Source: Laetmonice hystrix (Eukaryota). From it: a stretch of 64,000 nucleotides of DNA. Below the pieces are notes generated by a model. That model was not told the origin of the DNA. It saw only the letters and a program-made list of their open reading frames with translations, and did not search any database. Shown one piece after another: positions 12,420 through 24,292 of this stretch. The stretch covers positions 9,364,001 to 9,428,000 of the forward strand of contig OZ249436.1 of assembly GCA_965235115.1 (NCBI GenBank). The letters are read 5' to 3'. A program made the position numbers and the translations under genes. Within the stretch, counting starts at the first letter, position 1. Every line of letters starts with the position of its first letter.

Positions 12420-12740
12420 TTCAGCAGAAGCCGAGTGCGACATTACCACGTTTCATAGATTGAAGTCTTTCTTTGCCGGGCGAAAATCGATCCGACAGTT
12501 TACACTCAAAGAGCCAACAAACTGGGAACTGGCATTCCATTTTTGCTCCAGGAAATGTTCCCATGAATGATTGACATCGAGAGCTGGGTTCTTCTGGTTG
12601 GCTGCTCGCCAACATAGGTAGCCGTGTTCCAAAGCCAGAGAATCCCCTCAATCGTTCCGCTTCAATAAACACATGTTCCACTTTAATACCTGATTCGTCG
12701 CCAAACGGTATCGGGGAACAAACCCACAGTTTCCTTTAAA
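12420..12740 (-). mobile_element. Possible decayed L1/Tx1 ORF2 C-terminal (zinc-knuckle) relic
   Basis: Minus-strand translation SPIPFGDESGIKVEHVFIEAERL resembles CPFC...ETVEHVFxEC. Weak match. Confidence 0.3.
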
Positions 12741-14651
12741 TCCAGAGAGAAGACAAAATATGTTGTGTTTAATTACGAAGTACTACTTTTTGCTGACTGT
12801 TCGAGCGACGTAAGTGGTTTCCATTTTGACCATTGTAGAAAGCCCATGCTCCTGCACAGCGCTCCTAGTACGAAGACTTCCTGGTAGTCATGGCTCCAAT
12901 CAGTCAGTACTTCAAGGTCATTAAAGAATGTCTGATATAGGCCTTTATTCAGATTAATTCTGAATATTGAGAATGAAGGCGCCTAACCCTAACTTCCTTC
13001 TTATCTTTCCTAGTTCAGATCATTAGTTATTAGATATGGTTATATATAGTATTTGGTTAAATAAATATTTAATTCATCGAATAAAACAACCACTATTTCC
13101 AATAAAAGATACTTGAGTCGCTATAAGAAAGTAAGGAGAGTTGAGTGCCGTGAAATTATCTATATGACTAATTCTTTTCAGTGTATTATGTGAAAAACAT
13201 TTGTTTGCAGACAAAATAATACATTCAGATATTTACCGACTGCTGAACGGATTTGTTCGAGAAATTTTGACATGAAAGATGCAGACTATTAGACTGCCTT
13301 ATAGTTCATGCTTTCAGTCTTACAAAGGACCAGAAGATCTAGAATAAACCTGCTTTTGATCAGATATCACATATTAAAGGGCCTCATTTTTAGAGTTCAC
13401 TGAAGAAATACTAATCAGTTCTATTGGATATTTCATGCTGCATACACTTAAGATCAGAACATATGCAAAGGTAAAGTTGGTAAAGAGTAGAAAAATAGTA
13501 AATAGTAGAAAAAGATAGGCCTACCGAACACGAGGGAGGGACAAAAGTACTTAAAGGGAACTGCCATTTTACCATTTATATGTAAAACGCATTTAGAAAT
13601 ATATATGTAGCTATATACATGGTCGGTCGGTATAGAATAATTATTCTGGGAATTAGTACTTTTGTCCCGTCCATCCTTACATCACACACCATAAATTATT
13701 AATCTTACAAAAAAATACATTTAATTTGTTCGCGTGTTATGTGTCGGTTCTAGTAAAATGCATTGTACATATAAGGGCAAAGCTGGAACCGAACGTCTTT
13801 TTTTTTATTCATTTAAAAGACTCTGGAAAGCAAACCACATAACAATATTAGGATCATTACTATACGTGATCGTGATTCGTATAATCTTGTCTTATGTGCC
13901 AAGTATCGGTAATAGTGGGTAAATTGAGATCGCGTGAGGCGCTAACGACATTAAAATGATTACATTTGTTTGAAGGAATACTTCAAATTAACGAAGCATT
14001 TTTAACGACGAAACATGATCTTACTCACCACTGCTGTGGAATACAAATTATATCGAGCACTGATTTTTTTCGAGCACCGTCGGATATCATTGGTGTTTTG
14101 TTTTGAATGAAGTAAAAACATATAAAGACAAAAAGTAAATATTAATGCTATAGTTTCATGTCTGACAGTAAGGTTCCTGAAAAATAGAAATATTTCGTGA
14201 CTGTAGTGCACTTAGGCAAATATAATGGGGGTTTACAGCATAGATTAAGGTTTGAAGTACCTACGGGTGTCATACAAAGTGAGATTAATGGCATCTAACT
14301 CAGATTACTTTAGTTTTTTTCAGTTATGGCAAGGCATGACAAAATGAAGTCGGATTCCCCTTGTTACTTGCCATATGATTGAGAAGAATGATATTTCTCA
14401 CAAATGACATTTGTGAAAGAATAAATCGTTTTGCGCTCGTATTCTGAAGCCCATTCGAAGGATATTCGTTATTTTCGTAAGCCTCCTTACCAGAAAAGAT
14501 CCAGCTATCTTTGTATTAAGCGGCCGGATATCATTTTATTGACTAAATAACTCAGAGACAAATCATGAGTGAAACACAATCAGCAAGATTCGAGCATGTC
14601 TGCGGCACATAATTGATAAACCATGACTGATTCATAATAGTTTGTCCCCAT

Positions 14652-15841
14652 AATAATGTCATTAAGAATATCTTATTCTTACGGTACCTAAGCTATAACA
14701 ATGTCATTAAGAATATCTTATTCTCATGGTACCTAAGCTATAACAATGTCATTAAGAATATCTTATTCTCACGGTACCTAAGCTATAATAATGTCATTAA
14801 GAATATCTTATTCTCACGGTACCTAAGCTATAATAATGTCATTAAGAATATCTTATTCTCACGGTACCTAAGCTATAATAATGTCATTAAGAATATCTTA
14901 TTCTCGCGGTACCTAAGCTATAATAATGTCATTAAGAATATCTTATTCTCACGGTACCTAAGCTATAATAATGTCATTAAGAATATCTTATTCTCACGGT
15001 ACCTAAGCTATAACAATGTCATTAAGAATATCTTATTCTCACGGTACCTAAGCTATAATAATGTCATTAAGAATATCTTATTCTCACGGTACCTAAGCTA
15101 TAATAATGTCATTAAGAATATCTTATTCTCACGGTACCTAAGCTATAATAATATCATTAAGAATATCTTATTCTCACGGTACCTAAGCTATAATAATGTC
15201 ATTAAGAATATCTTATTCTCACGGTACTTAAGCTATAATAATGTCATTAAGATTCTCACGGTACCTAAGCTATAATAATGTCATTAAGATTCTCACGGTA
15301 CCTAAGCTATAATAATGTCATTAAGAATATCTTATTCTCACGGTACCTAAGCTATAACAATGTCATTAAGAATATCTTATTCTCACAGTACCTAAGCTAT
15401 AATAATGTCATTAAGAATATCTTATTCTCACGGTACCTAAGCTATAACAATGTCATTAAGAATATCTTATTCTCACGGTACCTAAGCTATAACAATGTCA
15501 TTAAGAATATCTTATTCTCACGGTACCTAAGCTATAATAATGTCATTAAGAATATCTTATTCTCACGGTACCTAAGCTATAATAATGTCATTAAGAATAT
15601 CTTATTCTCACGGTACCTAAGCTATAACAATGTCATTAAGAATATCTTATTCTCACGGTACCTAAGCTATAATAATGTCATTAAGATTCTCACGGTACCT
15701 AAGCTATAATAATGTCATTAGGAATATCTTATTCTCACGGTACCTAAGCTATAACAATGTCATTAAGAATATCTTATTCTTACGGTACCTAAGCTATAAT
15801 AATGTCATTAGGAATATCTTATTCTCACGGTACCTAAGCTA
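14652..15841. repeat. AT-rich minisatellite, 45-bp unit
   Basis: TAATAATGTCATTAAGAATATCTTATTCTCACGGTACCTAAGCTA x~27, with occasional 8-bp deletions. Confidence 0.97.
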
Positions 15842-15974
15842 CTTAACGTAATGAGATGGAACAATATTCTCCATTTGTTTTGATTCCAATTAGGATTACA
15901 CAGTCTCAACTATCATAAGGTTGATCTAAGCTTCGCTTACAGTCTTACAATAGTATAAGACCGTCACCGTCTGC

Positions 15975-16819
15975 CATAGACCCGTCACTCCCTGAGGGTA
16001 ACACGTCATTCTCCCTACCACAGACCCGTCACCCTGTGAGGGTTACCCGCCATTCTCCCTACCATAGACCCGTCACTCTCTGAGGGTAACACGTCATTCT
16101 CCCTACCATAGACCCGTCACCCTGTGAGGGTAACACGCCATTCTCCACACCATAGACCCGTCACCCTGTGAAGGTAACACGTCATTCTCCCTACCATAGA
16201 CCCGTCACCCTGTGAGGGTAACACGCCCTTCTCCACACCATAGACCCGTCATCCTGTGAGGGTAACACGTCATTCTCCCTAGCATAGACCCGTCACCCTG
16301 TGAGGGTTACCCGTCATTCTCCCTACCATAGACCCGTCACCCTGTGAGGGTAACACGTCATTCTCCCTATCATAGACCCGTCACCCTGTGAGGGTAACAC
16401 GTCATTCTCCCTACCATAGACCCGTCACCCTGTGAAGGTAACACGTCATTCTCCCTACCATAGACCCGTCACTCCCTGAGGGTAACACGTCATTCTCCCT
16501 ACCATAGACCCGTCACCCTGTGAGGGTAACACGTCATTCTCCCTACCATAGACCCGTCACCCTCTGAGGGTAACACGTCATTCTCCCTACCATAGACCCG
16601 TCACTCCCTGAGGGTAACACGTCATTCTCCCTACCATAGACCCGTTACCCTGTGAGGGTAACACGTCATTCTCCCTACCATACACCCGTCACCCTTTGAG
16701 GGTAACACGTCATTCTCCCTACCATAGACTCGTCACCCTCTGAGGGTAACACGTCATTCTCCCTACCATAGACCCGTCACCCTGTGAGGGTTACCCGTCA
16801 TTCTTCCTACCATAGACCC
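15975..16819. repeat. Minisatellite, 44-bp unit with internal hairpin
   Basis: CCATAGACCCGTCACCCTGTGAGGGTAACACGTCATTCTCCCTA x~19. Confidence 0.95.
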
Positions 16820-17530
16820 ATGTTTAATCATAAAAACAATTTACATTGTTTTCTTTCTCTCCTCAGACCCTAGAGAAATTGGCACACAATCAGATGTTGT
16901 CAACCTGTCTTCATGGTTATGTGTTACTTAACCCCTCTTTTTCTATTTTATCCAGACACATGCAGCGCTGGACATGAAATCAACATACATTATTGTAAAA
17001 CAGAGAGCAAGTAATGAAGTCAAGAAAAATAATTCAGGAATAGAAAAGGAACGTTTGATTGTACATTAGTACGTGTATATATCTCGTTGAACGTTTGATT
17101 GTACATTAGTACGGGTAGCCTATATCCTGGGTTTGTATCTTATAGGCATCAACAGTGATCTCCCTCTTTGTAGTGACCGTCTTCTCATATAAAAAAGTCC
17201 AATCTGCTTTCAACCCCTCAACACCCTGATAATTTTAGAGAGGGTAAAACGTGGCCATCATCATCACCTTTCGAGTCTCGGGCAGGGTCAGGAGAGGGTC
17301 ATTCAGATCTATGCCACCTACGACGTTTTATAACCTGTAAATCTCTACGCACACTCAGGCGCGTAGGAAGGTAGGCCTAATAGAAATTCTGAAGGGAATA
17401 GGGGTAACAGGACGAAAAAAAGGGGGTTTAAGGAGAAAAGTCTCCTCTTTTTAAAATGGGAAAATAGCCCCATTGCCCCCTCTTTCCTACGCATGTGAGA
17501 GTTAAATATAGAACAAGAATGTCTATCACA

Positions 17531-18283
17531 TCAAAGTTTTGTCAGATGTATCACTGAGGTGCCCACATTATGATTCAAAGTTTTGTAAGATGTATCACTG
17601 AGGTGCCCACATTATGATTCAAAGTTTTGTAAGATGTATCACTGAAGTGCCCACATTATGATTCAAAGTTTTGTAAGATGTATCACTGAAGTGCCCACAT
17701 TATGATTCAAAGTTTTGTAAGATCTGTATCACTGAGGTGCCCACATTATGATTCAAAGTTTTGTAAGATGTATCACTGAGGTGCCCACAGTATGATTCAA
17801 AGTTTTGTAAGATGTATCACTGAGGTGCCCACATTATGATTCAAAGTTTTGTCAGATGTATCACTGAGGTGCCCACATTATGATTCAACGTTTTGTCAGA
17901 TCTGTATCACTGAGGTGCCCACATTATGGTTCAAAGTTTTGTAAGATGTATCACTGAGGTGCCCACATTATGATTCAAAGTTTTGTAAGATGTATCACTG
18001 AGGTGCCCACATTATGATTCAAAGTTTTGTAAGATGTATCACTGAAGTGCCCACATTATGATTCAAAGTTTTGTAAGATGTATCACTGAGGTGCCCACAT
18101 TATGATTCAAAGTTTTGTCAGATGTATCACTGAGGTGCCCACATTATGATTCAAAGTTTTGTCAGATGTATCACTGAGGTGCCCACATTATGATTCAAAG
18201 TTTTGTCAGATGTATCACTGAGGTGCCCACATTATGATTCAAAGTTTTGTAAGATGTATCACTGAGGTGCCCACATTATGATT
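17531..18283. repeat. Minisatellite, 44-bp unit
   Basis: TCAAAGTTTTGTAAGATGTATCACTGAGGTGCCCACATTATGAT x~17. Confidence 0.97.
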
Positions 18284-19191
18284 CCGTTAAAACAACTTCC
18301 TATTAGCAAGAAACAGAAGACACAGCCCCCTCCCCCTGCAAAGATAATGTGTGAGAGCTTTGCTTGTAGTGCTGTCTGAAGTGGCAGTCAAGACCCGTAC
18401 CCTGACACGCAATTTCACAATCACAAACATGAAACCAGACGTTGAATAACACCCTGAGGACAAGAATGTAGCCGGGCTTTATGATGGAATTATATTCGTA
18501 TCAGTCGTCCTAATTTTGCACAGTCGGTTGGAGATCGATAGAGGGATAATTTCGCCGGTGCAGCTCGGACCACGTTATTGCTTTCTTGTGATTGTTACTG
18601 GAATGTGAAAATGACTACTCGATTTATCGGCTGAATCCGCCTGGGTAAACGTCCAGGAGTGACCTTACAAAGACACAGCTTGATTGACACATGAATTTAA
18701 GACATTTAATAAAAGTTAAACTGGTTTATTTCTATTGTTTTATATCATTTAGGGGTGTTTTTAATTAACCCTAAAAATAAACCTGTCAAACCGTGACGTT
18801 GCCCTCCACACAGTAATATTTGAAGATCCATTTGGTGCAATGGGAGATTATAAGAAAACGAAATTTTGGTGAAGAAAATACATTTATGCAATTAAATCTA
18901 CACCAGCTTGGTCCCACATTTGCTACTTTTTTGGAGAATAAATCCATTGAATCTCACCGCAGTCTCAGAGGGATTGGCCATTTTAGACGGTGTAACGACG
19001 TTTCTTTAATTGAAGATTTTGAATCCCAATCCAGCCTAGTTTAGAAAGTGATTAACATAATTGAACAAAAGAATGGACTTGCATCTTGAGAAAAATGAAG
19101 CTGGGACAGTTAATGAAACATTCTGGTCGTGTCACCTGAAAAGGAGAGGAAGACAGTAAAAGTTAGAAAATAAAACTAAAAGTAAGCTTAC

Positions 19192-19384
19192 CGTCATCGA
19201 CGCACTTTCGCCAGAGGCCGGTGATGGTCTTCATATAGATAGCGGAACCGTTAGCGTCGAATACCTTCTCCTCGGCATACAGCCAGTAATCCGTGGCCAC
19301 CGCAATGCAAAGGAAGGCGAACGACGCACACGCACACACGCTAGTCATTACCATCAGCAGTTTCTTCTTACCGCAACAGCCCAT
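19192..19384 (-). CDS. CACNG5-like: First coding exon of a stargazin/TARP-like protein (voltage-dependent calcium channel gamma subunit, CACNG5/7-like; PMP22/claudin superfamily)
   Basis: MGCCGKKKLLMVMTSVCACASFAFLCIAVATDYWLYAEEK...TGLWRKCVDD(G): TM1, the IAVxTDYWLY motif and GLWRxC. 64 codons plus 1 nt, then donor G|GTAAGC at 19191. The frame is open upstream to an ATG at 19570. Downstream exons were not recognised in the window. Confidence 0.9.
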
Positions 19385-20857
19385 TGTACCACAACCATTG
19401 GAGTCGGCCTTCGAGTAGACAAACAGCGGTCCGCCCTCACCCGAGCCACCGGAACCTAGAGCGCCCGCCCCGGGAAGCCGTGCGCAAGGTCCGCCACCGC
19501 CGAGGTGCCGTAGTCCACTTCGGGACGAATAAAGCCTCAACCAATTGGCCCAATTTTCCAGCACATACATACACAAACATGCACACGATGACGAAGCCAA
19601 TGTGTTGGAGTTGGGTAGAATTTTACCCCTTACGTCACGTCAGTAAACGTCACGTACCGAGAGATACGTAGCAACAAGGGTACGTCTGATCCGTCCTGTA
19701 TACCCGCCAGGAACCGCTACCAACTCTGCACCTGGGTTTACGTAGAAAAATCGTGAAGGAATTGACCTTCCTTTTAACTTGACCAGCAGCCAACGATGAG
19801 TATTTAGTTGATTGGATGAAGCAATCCTAGGAAGAAACACCGAGCCGTGCAGTGGTATCCGACTACAGTCAGTTGGCGCTCGTCTAGAATATGGAAGTAT
19901 GGGATTTATATGGATCTCAGTCGTATTTAAATTATTACTTGATCGTGGTTATATACTTCGTACTTAAATGAAAGTTATTTTTTCAAATGTGAAACAGGTA
20001 CCTGTTTCAGTTTCAGCATGGCGGTACAGGTTGCTGCCTTCAGTGGATGATTGTACCCCGCGACATGTGTCTGGTTAGTTTAACAAGTGATTGCCGTGCA
20101 AATGTTCTGCATCTCATTCAATCTAGAACAACTAATGCGCGTGCAATACCTACATACACAGATGCATTGGTCACAATACAAAACAAATATTTTGTACAGG
20201 GGGAAAGAGTTCATTACATATAACATTTTCAATAGTATTTTAAGTGTTAGTATTTACACCCGTATTCTTTGAATAAGTCTTTCTTCATGGAGACAACTAA
20301 GCGCATGACTTATATACCCAGGGTGGGTCCCTGTCACATGAACTGCCTCATCAGTTGGAATGGTTCTCACAACTAGCTATGCTGACCTGCCAACTGTGCA
20401 TCAATCCTCCCACTGCATCTCATTTCAATGCAGTCAGGATCCAAACTGGGACATGCCCTCATTGGACCTGGGCGTGGTAACGACGCGAGCTCCGTTCCTG
20501 ATTAAAAAACCACAAAATCCAAATTTTCCACTCCGCAATTATAATAACACGACGAATAGACCAATTTAAGCGGGAGGGTTGGTCGGCGACTCAGCGGAGA
20601 GAGGGGGAGGACGCCGCGTTTCCTGTTACGTCGACTGTTGCCGACACCAGCGAGACTGTTGCCGGAGATGCTCGCAAATATGTCAACGATTGCCCTGTTC
20701 CTTTGCTAGCAGCGGCTATTATCATAATAACGGTCCATATCTCCAACCCCTCAACGTTCAGATGACCATTACAGCATAGGTAACCGTCACTACGACCGCC
20801 GCCGCCGCCACCGCCGCCTTCGCCTTCGCCGCTGTCGCCGATATCGCCTCCGCCGCC

Positions 20858-20891
<34 letters not shown>

Positions 20892-22850
20892 CTCCTCTTG
20901 TCCCTGCTCCTCTTCTCGCTGGTGCTAATCGTGCTGCAGCTGGTGCTGTTTTGCACCAGGACGACAACAGTGATAGCTTAACCGAACCGTTCTCGTTTCG
21001 TCAGAGAGCTTGGCGGTGGCTGGATCGATGGCAGGGCCATGCACGGAGCACGCGGGTCACACACATGTGGTCTGCACCGGTCAGCCGCCTCCCAAACCTG
21101 CTCTAACCTCGACAGATCCGACCCTTCCTACAGCCGGCACGTCGTCCCCAAACCGGCGCCTCCTTTCATATAGCCAATATGTAAAACAAATCCGTCCGCA
21201 CCATCGTATGCATCCGCCAAAAATCACAATCAAAATCACAATGACATCACATCCGTTAGAAGACAAGAAAACAGCAGTATGCCCCTCCGCACGTTGCACA
21301 GTGTGCAATAGACGTGCAATAATTTGTGTATGAGTGAACGCCTTCGTCTCCTTATATAGAGGTGAGGCAAGGCACACGTAGGGTTTGGCTATCAGGTATA
21401 TTCCGCCCTCGTTATTACGTCGGTATCATAGGTTTCCGCACCCGTTGTCTCTTGGCTACCGTCGTTCGGCCGACAGTCTAAGCCAGCAGTGGCAATGGCA
21501 AGACGATTCCCCTAATATCAACACAACTACCTACGGTGATGCTCATAATATGCGCGCTGTGTTCAAGCAATGGGACGACAGCGTGTGATTGCCACATAGG
21601 TTCCAGCTACTTGCCTAGCGAGCAATATCCCGTCTAATTACTAAAATAATCCCCTCACGAAATCCAACGTCGAGGTATGGGGCTTGTCGACCGGCGGTGG
21701 CGCAGAACCTTATAGAAAATGCACAAACTCAATCACATCTGGACAGAGGCTCTATGCCGACATGCGGGACAATCTGTGTATAACATGCACACTCTCTGAG
21801 CCGGTACGCCGCTTGTCGTCCAGGAGCGTGGGTGTTTCCCCGCCCCCCCACTCCGGTCGTAGACGGCCAAGCCAGGAGCCAAGAGCGCCGGCTGTAACCG
21901 TATGATGAGGTCCCTGCTTCGGGTTATTATCAATAACTATGGAAATCTGAGTACCAATCCCTGCAATAGACAATACCGTGGCCACTCCAGGTAAACACCG
22001 GCTAAGTATGATGTCTGCAAGCGTCGTTTTTACTGGTACGCCGGCCACGAATTGCACCCTCCTCTTGACAATCGTCGCTCCTCGTCCCGCCCTGCCGCCG
22101 CTGCCGCCGCTTCTTGCAGGTCCGTCTATTCCCACAACCGGCGAAGGCAAATGAAAATCAGACTCCGCGACAGGCACAGAGGCAACCGGTCCTAACCCAA
22201 ATGCGAATTTCACCCTGCCGTCTCTGGCTTCTCCAACCGACACTCCTAACTGCGGTGGCCTACCACTTCTGTAACGTGTAGGGAGCCCAGCATCGCCAGC
22301 CACCGGGTCCATCATCAGTCGCGGCGACAAGGAAGGCGATGAGGATGAGGACGATGAGGATGATGTTGATGTTGAAAATTGATCATCAGGACCATTGCTA
22401 TGCTAATGTGTCGTGCAGCAGCGAGCGTCAGGGATCGACGAAGGCCTTCGATGGCGCTCCCGCTCCTAGAGTCAGTAGCCACCGCCGGGACACGGGCGTT
22501 CACCAGCTCGTACCTACTGCAGCACGCAGCCGAACATTGAGAACCGAACGTTGGCGCGCGGTCGCCAGCCATTGGTGGCTTGATGGTATAAACGTTCGTA
22601 GCCGCTCTCAGTGGCCAGCCGTGGTTGATGATGCAGCTAGCCACCAACTGTCAACCCTAACACCAGCCCTTTCTCTCCCCATACGCCGAGGCTTCAGTTC
22701 GGGCTTGGCGAACAGACGCGTCATCCACGGACAGGGAGGAGGCATTTGGGCCGAGCTACACCGTTCAAAACCAGAGCTGCCGCGCCAGAACCGAGCGAGA
22801 AGCGCCGGGATGCGGCGCGGGCAGTGTGATTGAGTGACGGGCAGCAGTCT

Positions 22851-22853
<3 letters not shown>

Positions 22854-22901
<48 letters not shown>
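22854..22901. repeat. (CAG)16 trinucleotide repeat, read as (CTG)16 on the gene strand
   Basis: Directly counted. Confidence 0.95.
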
Positions 22902-22903
<2 letters not shown>

Positions 22904-22929
22904 CGGCACTCAGCCACAGCCATCTCTAA

Positions 22930-23090
22930 TGCGGTGCGTGCGCATGCGCCATTTTCTTATTTCTCGCCGCCTCACTGTGCATACTCGATAGACAGGCAAC
23001 AACAGCGCCAAAACGCCGGCGTGAGGGGGGCACTACCGCCGGCGTGAGGGGGGGCACTACCGCCGGCGTGAGGGGGGCACTACCGCCGGC
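22930..23090 (-). promoter_or_regulatory. Candidate promoter of the CACNG-like gene
   Basis: NRF1-type TGCGCATGCGC (22939-22949) overlaps YY1-type CGCCATTTT (22947-22955). Three copies of a 23-bp GC repeat at ~23014-23090. Lies at the edge of a CpG-rich block (20570-23090) with no recognisable TEs. Confidence 0.4.
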
Positions 23091-23499
23091 AAATACACCG
23101 GTGGTCCATAAACATACACCTCCTTTAAATTTGAGTTATAAAGAAATGTATTAAAATCGGGGGAGACTGAAGTATTCCTCGGTTGGATATTTGCATAACG
23201 AGTCCCACGCCCATTAATCGTCACCGGTGTTCAAATTACCGCGAGATTCGAGTCGAAATACGTGTATGCTTCGCAGCATTTGTATTCTTTTCTTTTTCTT
23301 TTTATTCAAACGTAGTATATGTCCATTATTCTGAATTACGGGTGAGGGTCTCAATAGGAGCGCTATATCAGTGTTAAAACACGGTGCCGTATCTATTTTT
23401 CGGAAGACCTTTCAATCTATGAGAATTCTAACGTATTATGCGAAATTACTTTTGACCATTGATCCATTGGACGTTAAAGAATGATTGACCATATATTAA

Positions 23500-24265
23500 T
23501 GTGTATGTACACATTCATAAAAGTCTTCAGCCAAGCTCCACAACCACTTCGGATTTGGCCCCGGTGCGTGCTTTTTGTTCCCGCATCTTGTCACGTGCGA
23601 CGTAACTACATGCCGGTTGATGAGGACCACGCGCACCCTGTAATTCTATCTCTGTAGACATTCAGTCGACTCGAGTCCTCAACATGCAAACAGCAAAAAT
23701 TGCAGAACAATTCCAACCAGAGATCCACCCACCCACCACCAGCCAGTGCCGTCTGTGTATATACAGGTGCACGGAAGGAAGGGGCTATTTGATGTTTCCA
23801 AAACGATCGAATAAAGTTTTCCTTGGCAGCTAAACAAGTACTGAATTCATCTAGTAACATATTATTACAAAGAAGCATGTCTTTGATGTGAATGAGCTAT
23901 GCGCCTGTTTCTGCTATAAACATTGAGAGAGCATGGTCTCTCTGCCTCATGTTCCTACTTCGCCTTTACCGTAATACAAAATGAATTTACATTGAATAAC
24001 AAAACATTCATAGAAGAATCAACTAGCCTGCCATAATTGGTCCGTATGAAAATGAGGTAACAGCGAAAAGTTGCCAGTAACCTTTAAATACCTTCCGTTT
24101 CTTATCAAGAGACATTCTTCCCTCTCGGCCTCCAGGCAGTGGAGTACTGTTCCCGCGGCAAGTTGTAAGTAGTATGCGAAAAGAGTACATTGGATCAGGC
24201 TGAATTCCATCCTCCATCCATTTTCTAAAGTGAGGACATTCAGGGTCTATACGCAAACCACGCAT
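23500..24265 (-). mobile_element. Decayed LINE reverse-transcriptase relic
   Basis: EDGIQPDP...TCRGNSTPLPGGREGRMSLDKKRK...YWQLFAVTSFSY resembles GPDGI...PxxWK...IxKKG...NYRPISLxS. Many stops. Confidence 0.35.
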
Positions 24266-24292
24266 GTTTTGGTTTCATCTATACCAAACTAT

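Noticed and set aside
14020..14050. Minus-strand microexon (CCACAG|CAGTG|GTGAGT)
   Set aside because: It is not frame-preserving and has no other support.
17356..17497. Small MITE CAGGCGCGTAGGAAG...TTTCCTACGCATGTG
   Set aside because: The TIR is only partial and there is no TSD; probably an old relic, too weak to call.
6822..18283. Regular arrays as CRISPR
   Set aside because: The units are contiguous with no unique spacers, there are no cas genes, and the context is eukaryotic.
1..19100. Exons 2-4 of the CACNG-like gene
   Set aside because: I found no minus-strand segment resembling TM2-TM4 or YxYGWSF. They probably lie outside the window, though a short exon could have been missed.
22608..22904. 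Poly-Leu signal-peptide-like ORF
   Set aside because: It is the translation of the CTG repeat from a non-ATG start.
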